Below are positions 1 to 5,906 of a DNA stretch of 64,000 bases, in pieces. The notes beneath the pieces were generated by a model. It ran no database searches and was not told where the DNA came from. It saw only the letters and a program-made list of their open reading frames with translations. The DNA lies in the IMG/VR virus record IMGVR_UViG_3300013094_000017, positions 1 through 64,000 of that record; one strand, written 5' to 3'. Within the stretch, counting starts at the first letter, position 1. Every line of letters starts with the position of its first letter. A program made the translations under genes and the position numbers.

Positions 1-71
1 TGTATTCCTTTAGAGGTTTTGGGTTCTCGACAAACTACGCAGGAGCAAGGATAAGATGTTTTATTAGTCAT
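1..71 (-). CDS. 5' part of a probable homing endonuclease-like gene running off the window start (MTNKTSYPCSCVVCREPKTSKGI...)
   Basis: Manual translation of the - strand. ATG at 71 is preceded by TATAAATA (77-84, - strand), as for the other endonuclease genes here. CxCxxC N-terminus. Confidence 0.45.
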   Translation of the reverse strand, partial: MTNKTSYPCSCVVCREPKTSKGI

Positions 72-117
72 ACAAGTATTTATACATCAAAACGAATTTC
101 TCCTACCAAATTGAAAT

Positions 118-211
118 ACCATACAAAAACACATTCTTCAAAGAATACAGGGTTCAATTCCCGGCCGTTGATCACGGAACTGCCAAGGTGGTGAGTGTAT
201 TCCTATATGGT
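118..211 (+). ncRNA. Candidate circularly permuted tRNA-like structured RNA
   Basis: Stems ACCATA/TATGGT (118-123/206-211) and GAATAC/GTATTC (143-148/197-202) enclose a T-arm GGG-TTCAATT-CCC (150-162), hairpin CCGT-TGATC-ACGG and a GG-containing D-like loop. Confidence 0.35.
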
Positions 212-216
212 TCAAT

Positions 217-291
217 GTTGTCTATAGTGTAGTGGTAGCACCCAATCCTGTGAAGATTGTAGTATGAGATCGATACTCATTAGACAACCCA
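217..291 (+). tRNA. tRNA-His (GTG)
   Basis: Cloverleaf with encoded G-1, C73 and CCA. Anticodon arm CAATC-CT GTG AA-GATTG. T-loop ATCGATA. Confidence 0.9.
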
Positions 292-298
292 AAGTTTT

Positions 299-373
299 GC
301 CTCGTTCATATAGTGGTTATTATGTCCGCCTGTCTAGTGGAACATAGGGGTTCGATTCCCCTACGAGGCGCCA
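299..373 (+). tRNA. tRNA-Asp (GTC)
   Basis: Acceptor GCCTCGT/ACGAGGC, loop CT GTC TA, TTCGATT T-loop, CCA. Confidence 0.93.
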
Positions 374-382
374 AATTAAAGG

Positions 383-411
383 TTGACGTGAAAAATCGTT
401 GACTATATAAT
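383..411 (+). promoter_or_regulatory. sigma70-type promoter
   Basis: TTGACG-N17-TATAAT. Confidence 0.8.
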
Positions 412-433
412 AGTAACAGTTAGAAAGATCAAT

Positions 434-506
434 TGCGGTAGAAGTGTAGTGGCGCATGATAGTCTCATAAGCTATCGGGGTGGTTCGATTCCAACGTCCG
501 CATCCA
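434..506 (+). tRNA. tRNA with CAT anticodon (Met or Ile2), imperfect acceptor and D stems
   Basis: ATAGT-CT CAT AA-GCTAT arm, TTCGATT T-loop, CCA. Two mismatches in the acceptor stem. Confidence 0.65.
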
Positions 507-522
507 TAATTAGGAGAAGTAA

Positions 523-684
523 ATGGCAGTTAAGAAAGCAAATCCAATGCAGACACGCACTGGTAAGACACGGTTAGGTCCATTGAATTTAACACAGTTA
601 CAAACTATGTTAGAAAAGACTTCTAAGAAAAAGATCAAGGCGCAGATTCAAAAGCGCATTGCAGAATTAGAAGCACGTAAGTAA
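523..684 (+). CDS. Small basic hypothetical protein (53 aa, MAVKKANPMQTRTGKTRLGPLNL...)
   Basis: Manual ORF below the track cutoff. AGGAGA RBS at 512-517. Confidence 0.75.
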   Translation: MAVKKANPMQTRTGKTRLGPLNLTQLQTMLEKTSKKKIKAQIQKRIAELEARK

Positions 685-692
685 AGTTTTAC

Positions 693-767
693 GCCCAGTT
701 AGCAGAGTGGTAATGCGCCTCACTTGTAATGAGGATATCGGGAGTTCGATTCTCTCACTGGGCACCA
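693..767 (+). tRNA. tRNA-Thr (TGT)
   Basis: GCCCAGT/ACTGGGC acceptor, CCTCA-CT TGT AA-TGAGG, CCA. Confidence 0.95.
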
Positions 768-774
768 GTATTAA

Positions 775-859
775 GCCCCTTTGGTGGAATTGGTAGACAC
801 CGCGGTCTTAGAAGCCGCCGACGAAAGTCATGAGAGTTCGAGTCTCTTGGGGGGCACCA
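775..859 (+). tRNA. tRNA-Leu (TAG)
   Basis: Class II cloverleaf, GCGGT-CT TAG AA-GCCGC, long variable arm, A73, CCA. Confidence 0.92.
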
Positions 860-869
860 AAAGTTTTAT

Positions 870-943
870 GCGGGATTAGTTTAATGGTAGAACTGCAGAT
901 TTCCAATCTCCTGGTGAGGGTTCGATTCCCTTATCCCGCTCCA
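870..943 (+). tRNA. tRNA-Gly (TCC)
   Basis: GCGGGAT/ATCCCGC acceptor, loop TT TCC AA, U73, CCA. Confidence 0.92.
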
Positions 944-1155
944 GAACACAAGGTTTACACTTTTACCTTATAGAAAGTGGGTCATTGCTAATACCAGAAC
1001 GGCAGGGTGCGCACGATGGTCTAGACCATACCACAAGTCCCACTATCCGGGAGCCTTGAAAGTATCGTGGGAGTTTTATTGTTTCTTACCATATGGAAAC
1101 AGTTGGACAGGGTAACTACTCAGTTTTGGGCTCGGTTGTGCGAGTAGCAAAACAC
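944..1155 (+). ncRNA. Structured non-coding segment (possibly the 5' domain of the GOLLD-like RNA)
   Basis: H-type pseudoknot AAGGT/ACCTT (950-954/965-969) plus CACTTT/AAAGTG (958-963/974-979). Hairpins ATGGT-CTAG-ACCAT and TCCCAC/GTGGGA. No credible ORF. Confidence 0.4.
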
Positions 1156-1161
1156 TGATTC

Positions 1162-1236
1162 GGGCTGTTAGTATACTGGGTATTATTCCTGCCTTGCACG
1201 TAGGAGAAGACGGATCGTAACCGTCACGGTCCACCA
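1162..1236 (+). tRNA. tRNA-Ala (TGC)
   Basis: G3:U70 pair, CCTGC-CT TGC AC-GTAGG, T-loop ATCGTAA, CCA. Confidence 0.9.
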
Positions 1237-1242
1237 TATTAT

Positions 1243-1319
1243 AGAGGATTAGCTCAGTTGGTACGAGCAACTGCCTTACAAGCAGAAGGTCACTGGTTCG
1301 ACCCCAGTATCCTCTACCA
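1243..1319 (+). tRNA. tRNA-Val (TAC)
   Basis: AGAGGAT/ATCCTCT acceptor, CT TAC AA loop, CCA. Confidence 0.95.
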
Positions 1320-1326
1320 GTTCTAT

Positions 1327-1405
1327 TCCGCAGAATCCGAGCTAGGCGCACGGACTTGACTGTTAATCAATGATTAGCTGGGTTCGAATCCCAGATGCGG
1401 AGCCA
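1327..1405 (+). tRNA. tRNA-Asn (GTT)
   Basis: TTGA-CT GTT AA-TCAA arm, TTCGAAT T-loop, G73, CCA. Confidence 0.88.
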
Positions 1406-1409
1406 TATT

Positions 1410-1511
1410 TGCAGAGCGTGGGCTAGTCTAGCGTCGACGTACACTCCGAGTTAGTTGCAACTAACAACAGATTGTGAAAACTAGACAACGAGGTTCGATT
1501 CCTTACTGCAT
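1410..1511 (+). ncRNA. tRNA-like element with an expanded anticodon domain and no CCA
   Basis: TGCAG/CTGCA acceptor-like stem, T-arm GAGG-TTCGATT-CCTT, and helix GTCTAG/CTAGAC (1426-31/1481-86) enclosing about 50 nt. Confidence 0.45.
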
Positions 1512-1521
1512 CTTAAATTTA

Positions 1522-1976
1522 TCGTCGATAGCCGGAGCAAATCCTTTGAGCGGCTTGAGCATAAGCAAGGCACCGAGACGCAGGTGTATATTTCCGGTGA
1601 AAGTCCGGACGGTAATAGATTTTATCTCCCTCCGTAAAGGATGGAACAGTGAGCTCTCAGTTCCCTGCAAGGTAGTAGTAGACAAGAAGCAAACAGGCGT
1701 ACTAGTCATACGCAATGTGCTGATTAGGTCGCTATGCAACCTCTGACAATAGGTCATGACTGGCCAACGATAGGAGACACTTGTAAAGCTCTCACAGTTT
1801 AACCGGTGGTGAAAATCCACAGGGGAGGCCAGTTTTGGGATAGACGGCAAGATCTTAAACGAGTCCTAAGTAGCGTCAGTAGTACGAAACACATTTTGCG
1901 CGAAATATAGATGAGCTCTCTTGTTCGAGACAATCCAGCAAGGCCTTTGGAGAAAAGGATAGCTGGGCGCCCAAAA
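1522..1976 (+). ncRNA. Large, highly structured ncRNA; GOLLD-like candidate
   Basis: About 450 nt without a credible ORF between tRNAs. Many helices: GCAGG/CCTGC, CCGG-TGAAAGT-CCGG, GTGG-TGAAAAT-CCAC, CTGGCC/GGCCAG, TTTTGGG/CCCAAAA. Blocks ATAAGCAAGGCACCG..GGTGTA, GCAAGGTAGTAGT and ATACGCAAT resemble the GOLLD 3' domain as I recall it (unverified). Confidence 0.65.
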
Positions 1977-1986
1977 ACCCTTTTAT

Positions 1987-2061
1987 GCTTCGGTAGCTCA
2001 GTGGTAGAGCAATCGGTTGATAACCGATAGGCCGGTGGATCGTTCCCACCTCGAAGCACCA
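1987..2061 (+). tRNA. tRNA-Ile (GAT)
   Basis: ATCGG-TT GAT AA-CCGAT, T-loop ATCGTTC, CCA. Confidence 0.92.
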
Positions 2062-2069
2062 TTTATATG

Positions 2070-2098
2070 TTGACAGACGGATAAACATCTGTTATACT
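2070..2098 (+). promoter_or_regulatory. sigma70-type promoter
   Basis: TTGACA-N17-TATACT. The spacer contains the inverted repeat ACAGACG/CATCTGT. Confidence 0.8.
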
Positions 2099-2265
2099 AT
2101 GTTTTAAGATTTGGAAGAAAGCCGGTACATTATGTATTCGAGGTTAGGAGAGACCGGCAAACCGTCCGATTAGAGTAGGTAATACTGCGGTTCGACTCCG
2201 CCGATTGAATTACTGTATGATTCTGCACATACCTAACAGGCCTGTATTGGCCGCAGATCGTTTAT

Positions 2266-2354
2266 GGAAGGTTATGCAATCTGGGATATTGCCGCGCACT
2301 TGAAATGCGCTGGAGCCTACGGGCCAGGAGTTCGATTCTGCCATCCTTCCGCCA
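2266..2354 (+). tRNA. tRNA-Ser (TGA)
   Basis: Class II, GCGCA-CT TGA AA-TGCGC, G73, CCA. Confidence 0.88.
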
Positions 2355-2366
2355 GTTTGAAAATAC

Positions 2367-2457
2367 GGAGAGTGGGCCGGACGGTAAGGCACCACCCTGC
2401 TAAGGTGTACACTTGTGATGAACAGGTGACAGGGTTCGACTCCCTGACTCTCCGCCA
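2367..2457 (+). tRNA. tRNA-Ser (GCT)
   Basis: GGAGAGT/ACTCTCC acceptor, CT GCT AA loop, long variable arm, CCA. Confidence 0.93.
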
Positions 2458-2462
2458 AATAC

Positions 2463-2500
2463 CCGGTGTTAGTTAAATGGATATAACAGGGGATTTCGTA
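2463..2500 (+). pseudogene. Orphan 5' half of a tRNA (apparent Arg-TCG)
   Basis: Acceptor strand, TA, D arm GTTA-AATGGATA-TAAC, GGGGA-TT TCG TA, then abruptly TAAATA. No 3' half follows. Confidence 0.6.
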
Positions 2501-2512
2501 TAAATAAACAAT

Positions 2513-2589
2513 GCGGTTGTAGCTCAGTGGATTAGAGCAACGAGCTTCTACCTCGTTGGCCGGGGGTTCGAGTCCCTCCAGCCGCACCA
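2513..2589 (+). tRNA. tRNA-Arg (TCT)
   Basis: ACGAG-CT TCT AC-CTCGT, canonical arms, CCA. Confidence 0.95.
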
Positions 2590-2604
2590 TTTAATAGAAT
2601 ACTT

Positions 2605-3288
2605 ATGTATCAAAAATTAACTAACTGTAAATATTGCAATGTTTCATTACTTGAAATGACTACTTCTCGGCGAGCAAATCACTCTCGATGGTGCAAACTA
2701 AATCCTAAGCATACTGAATATATAAATGCATTAGAAATTTCTAGAGAGAATATAGTTAATCGACGTAATCAATTTATGAAGGCTAAAGAGGATGGAAGGC
2801 CGATTCCGCCAGGAACACAGACCGGAAAACCAGGTACAATGTTAGGTAAGAAGCATTCTTCTAAAACTAAACAGCGTCAAAAAGAAAAGGCACTAGCAAG
2901 TCCTCATAGAAGATTAGTTAGATCTATTCGGAAATATACAAAAAAGGACGGAACTATAGTTAGTTTAGATTCGTTCTGGGAAGAAGCATTAGCTATTCGG
3001 CTTGATACTATAGGTGTTAACTGGATAAGACCGTCGCCTATTAAATGGATAGACAATGATAACGTAACTCATAATTACTTTCCAGATTTCTATCTACCAG
3101 AGTTTGATTTATATTTAGATCCAAAAAACCCGTATGCTGTCAAAGCTCAACAAGTTAAGATACAGTGTTTAAAACAGCAAATACAAAACCTTATAATTAT
3201 AACAAGTTTAGAGGATTGCAACAATTATATTCCTCAACCAGTATTGCCCTATAGTTCAATGGAAGAACGGCTCCCTTATAAGGAGTGA
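2605..3288 (+). CDS. Putative free-standing homing endonuclease (NUMOD3-like DNA-binding repeat plus PD-(D/E)xK-type nuclease domain)
   Basis: GKKHSSKTKQRQ repeat. Motifs SFWE, YFPDFYLP and LDPK. CxxC N-terminus. The 3' end overlaps a tRNA. Confidence 0.65.
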   Translation: MYQKLTNCKYCNVSLLEMTTSRRANHSRWCKLNPKHTEYINALEISRENIVNRRNQFMKAKEDGRPIPPGTQTGKPGTMLGKKHSSKTKQRQKEKALASPHRRLVRSIRKYTKKDGTIVSLDSFWEEALAIRLDTIGVNWIRPSPIKWIDNDNVTHNYFPDFYLPEFDLYLDPKNPYAVKAQQVKIQCLKQQIQNLIIITSLEDCNNYIPQPVLPYSSMEERLPYKE

Positions 3289-3336
3289 GTGCTAGATAAG
3301 CCGCTAATGTAGGTTCGAGTCCTACTAGGGGTACCA
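3245..3336 (+). tRNA. Atypical tRNA with TAT anticodon (Ile?) and long variable arm
   Basis: D arm GTTC-AATGGAA-GAAC, GCTCC-CT TAT AA-GGAGT, about 20-nt variable arm, GTAGG-TTCGAGT-CCTAC, CCA. The top two acceptor pairs are mismatched. Confidence 0.7.
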
Positions 3337-3338
3337 AT

Positions 3339-3413
3339 GCTGATGTAGCGTAGAGGTAGCGCAACGCCTTGGTAAGGCGTAGGTCGTGGGTTCAACTCCC
3401 ATCATCAGCACCA
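3339..3413 (+). tRNA. tRNA-Thr (GGT)
   Basis: GCTGATG/CATCAGC acceptor, ACGCC-TT GGT AA-GGCGT, CCA. Confidence 0.93.
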
Positions 3414-3432
3414 GCAATACAGTAAGATCAAT

Positions 3433-3460
3433 TGGCTCATGGTGTAGTGGTAGCACAACT
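3433..3460 (+). pseudogene. Orphan 5' fragment of a tRNA (Gln-like TGG start)
   Basis: TGGCTCA-TG-GTGT-AGTGGTA-GCAC-A, then broken just before the TAAATA promoter and HNH gene. Confidence 0.55.
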
Positions 3461-3502
3461 CAAAAAAATCCTTTATGTTGCTAAATACAGTAAGGAGATA
3501 AT

Positions 3503-4063
3503 ATGTTAGTTACTATTATAGAATACATGAACCAGACGAGAGAAGAAAGACGCTCTCGATTAAAGTTAGATGAACCATGCGATGAGCGCGGATTAGTGTA
3601 CAGTTATCATTTAACTGGGCTATTAGCGTACTTAACAAACACAAGTATACCTAAAAAAGGTGATAACGCTATTGTGTGTCATGGATGTAACAACGCAAAA
3701 TGTTCAAACCCAAATCATTTATATTGGGGATCTTATAAGGATAATCATACGGATCAGGTTGAAAATGGAACATGGGATAGTCCGTATGCTAGGGCTAAGA
3801 AAAAATACAGTACTGTTGAGATGAATGAGATATACTCAAACAATGCCAAAGGTAATAAAGGTAATAAACAACCTAGATCCGAAGAGCATAAAAGAAAAAT
3901 ATCTGAGTCAATGAAAAAAGTTCAGCAAGAACTAAATCCTAATTTAGGAAAAGTAAGAAACAAAGTAGAATGCCCTCATTGTGGAAAGCAAGGTGCTATG
4001 AATACAATGAGCCGATGGCATTTTGATAATTGTCTTAATAGGCGTGTGGTGAAGATGGCTTAA
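3503..4063 (+). CDS. HNH homing endonuclease with NUMOD3 and C-terminal Zn finger
   Basis: CHGCNNAKCSNPNHL...DN (HNH motif), RSEEHKRKISES, CPHCGK...HFDNC. TAAATA at 3482 and AAGGAG RBS. Confidence 0.85.
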   Translation: MLVTIIEYMNQTREERRSRLKLDEPCDERGLVYSYHLTGLLAYLTNTSIPKKGDNAIVCHGCNNAKCSNPNHLYWGSYKDNHTDQVENGTWDSPYARAKKKYSTVEMNEIYSNNAKGNKGNKQPRSEEHKRKISESMKKVQQELNPNLGKVRNKVECPHCGKQGAMNTMSRWHFDNCLNRRVVKMA

Positions 4064-4117
4064 CACACTGGATTTTGATTCCAGCATTCCTAGGTTCGAA
4101 TCCTAGCACGCCTGCCA
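4040..4117 (+). tRNA. tRNA-Gln (TTG), 5' end overlapping the HNH stop
   Basis: AGGCGTG/CACGCCT acceptor, CTGGA-TT TTG AT-TCCAG, G73, CCA. Confidence 0.9.
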
Positions 4118-4237
4118 GAACAGTCCGGGAACAGCTCTCCTTTCGTAAGAAAGTGTAACTGACTATAGCTGGGATTTACCAGTGAACTTACAGGACGCTG
4201 TAAGGTACGGGCATACAGGAGGATAACTCCAATCTAT

Positions 4238-4311
4238 TCCGGTGTAGTATAATGGCAGTGCGACGGTCTCCAAAACCGTTAGTGGGGGTTCGATTCCCTC
4301 CACCGGAGCCA
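4238..4311 (+). tRNA. tRNA-Trp (CCA)
   Basis: ACGGT-CT CCA AA-ACCGT, G73, CCA. Confidence 0.95.
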
Positions 4312-4320
4312 AACAATGTG

Positions 4321-4349
4321 TTGACTTTTAGTTAAGTTGATAGTATAAT
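4321..4349 (+). promoter_or_regulatory. sigma70-type promoter
   Basis: TTGACT-N17-TATAAT. Confidence 0.8.
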
Positions 4350-4376
4350 GTGCTTTTATTTGAAATGGAGCATGAA

Positions 4377-4841
4377 ATGTCAAAAGTTATTAAATCAGAG
4401 TATGTTGAAGCAGCCATGGAACAATTAGATAGTGCGGCTAAATTACTCAAAACAGCCTACACCAATCCAAACAAAAATCTTGTGTTAATATTAGACATGA
4501 TTGATGATATTTGGGGGCAATTAGAATTGCTAGCTGATACACAGTACGACAAAGAAAATCCAGGTAAAGAAATGACGCAGGCTCAATATGACACTGAGCA
4601 CAGTGAGCGGGTGGCTAGGATTAAAGCCCTACAAGAAGTTACCATTACCAAAGTAGACAAGGCCACATTCAAAGCCATTAGTGATGATTTATACACAGCA
4701 ATTGGCAATGTCAGTGGCAAATACAATCTGTCTATTGCCTTTCCGTTATCCAGTTTCTCATTCCGTGCCTATGATTCGGAGAATCCCGAGCAGTATTGGC
4801 CACTAGGTAGAGAGTTTGATACAGAAATAAATCCATTATAG
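4377..4841 (+). CDS. Hypothetical protein
   Basis: ORF track. Start moved to the ATG after the GGAG RBS. Confidence 0.7.
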   Translation: MSKVIKSEYVEAAMEQLDSAAKLLKTAYTNPNKNLVLILDMIDDIWGQLELLADTQYDKENPGKEMTQAQYDTEHSERVARIKALQEVTITKVDKATFKAISDDLYTAIGNVSGKYNLSIAFPLSSFSFRAYDSENPEQYWPLGREFDTEINPL

Positions 4842-4842
4842 G

Positions 4843-4871
4843 TTGACAGGTACCATATGCTCCTGTATTAT
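4843..4871 (+). promoter_or_regulatory. sigma70-type promoter
   Basis: TTGACA-N17-TATTAT. Confidence 0.6.
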
Positions 4872-4899
4872 TAATGAATAGTCAAAAGGACAAAAGAAT

Positions 4900-5469
4900 A
4901 TGAACGTTACATTACGTAAAGCAAGTGCGTTACAGAACGCAATCAACGACACAATCAAAGGCATTCAGCTTAAAGTAGCTGTAAACCTAAGTGAGTTCCA
5001 AGATGCAGAAACAGTAATTTCTAAATCTCGCCAAGCATTGTTAAACAATGTTGATCGCAAGGTAGCACTAACCAAGGCATTGTATGCAATTCGCGCCTCA
5101 GTAGGTGCAGCAAACAACGCCTCAGTAGATGCACTGTTGGCACAGGTAGCACAGGTTGAAAAAACAATCCAAATCTACACAAACTTAGCTGAAACAGAAG
5201 TGCGTGAAGATGCCACAGTTATTGCAGGTAAGTTGGATAAGATTAAGAACCGCACAGCAGATGCTCGTCCAAGTTACTACGGACACAGTGACGAAGTAAA
5301 CACCAGTGTATTAACACAAGATGATATTGAATCTTTCCGAGGTTTCATTGCACTGGCAAAGAAAAACAAACAGACTTTGCAGGATCAAATCCTTGAAGCA
5401 AACGTTCGCACTGAAATCACTTTAGATGCAGACACAGTAGCAACACTAACAGCAGAAAAATTGCTGTAA
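4900..5469 (+). CDS. Alpha-helical coiled-coil protein (weak resemblance to DIP1984-like proteins)
   Basis: ORF track, AAAGGA RBS, heptad pattern. The family resemblance is by eye only. Confidence 0.7.
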   Translation: MNVTLRKASALQNAINDTIKGIQLKVAVNLSEFQDAETVISKSRQALLNNVDRKVALTKALYAIRASVGAANNASVDALLAQVAQVEKTIQIYTNLAETEVREDATVIAGKLDKIKNRTADARPSYYGHSDEVNTSVLTQDDIESFRGFIALAKKNKQTLQDQILEANVRTEITLDADTVATLTAEKLL

Positions 5470-5474
5470 TAGTT

Positions 5475-5745
5475 TTTGGTGGTTTGGCTCTAGGGCTAAA
5501 ATCACCCAGATGTGAGAAAGAGACGAGGATTGGCAAGGACATCATACATCGTATGATTCCATACTTAATGAGCAATCGCCTTGAAAAGCGATCGTGTTTG
5601 CGTGTTCCGGTTATTATATAAATTTGTTTATTGCCACCGTTGAAATATGCAAGCCCCTGTGTTTTGAACATTGTCTTTTGTCAGCGGATATTATAATAAT
5701 ATCTTTTGTCATTTGCTGTGCCATTTACTTACTTTCTCAATCTGT
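5475..5745 (+). ncRNA. Structured RNA directly downstream of the coiled-coil gene
   Basis: 13-bp closing helix CAGAT(G)TGAGAAAG/CTTTCTCAATCTG (5507-20/5732-44), internal hairpins, and duplicated CTTTTGTCA flanking a hairpin. Confidence 0.5.
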
Positions 5746-5751
5746 TTCTTC

Positions 5752-5829
5752 GCACACGTGGCTGAGTGGCCCAAAGCAGCGGCCTGCAAAGCCGTAAAAC
5801 CGCCGGTTCAAATCCGGCCGTGTGCTCCA
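5752..5829 (+). tRNA. tRNA-Cys (GCA)
   Basis: GCACACG/CGTGTGC acceptor, CT GCA AA loop, U73, CCA. Confidence 0.93.
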
Positions 5830-5830
5830 T

Positions 5831-5906
5831 AGTAATGTAGCATAGTGGCTAATGCGGCACCTTCATACGGTGTATATCGTGAGTTCGAGTCTCACCATTA
5901 CTACCA
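5831..5906 (+). tRNA. tRNA with CAT anticodon (Met or lysidine Ile2)
   Basis: AGTAATG/CATTACT acceptor, GCACC-TT CAT AC-GGTGT, CCA. Confidence 0.9.

Noticed and set aside
133-147. Selenocysteine tRNA anticodon (CTTCAAA)
   Set aside because: The flanks do not form a stem around a 7-nt loop, and the surrounding arms are not in tRNA-Sec order.
950-980. preQ1-I riboswitch (suggested by the que genes)
   Set aside because: It is an H-type pseudoknot of similar size, but the ligand-recognising C in the loop is absent and no CDS follows.
1410-1511. tmRNA call
   Set aside because: No G3:U70, no CCA, and the interior is only about 50 nt with no tag reading frame.
1590-1612. RNase P RNA call based on GAAAGTCC
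   Set aside because: The motif sits inside a simple hairpin (CCGG-TGAAAGT-CCGG). The GAGGAAAGUCC context and the 3' P4 partner (ACAGAA..CGGCTTA-like) are missing.
1076-2590. Track ORFs at 1076-1351, 1474-1746, 1503-1850, 1799-2062, 1876-2088, 2210-2590 and 2264-2476
   Set aside because: They overlap or are antisense to tRNAs and structured RNA, and have no RBS or phage-like codon usage. They are shadow ORFs of GC-richer RNA genes.
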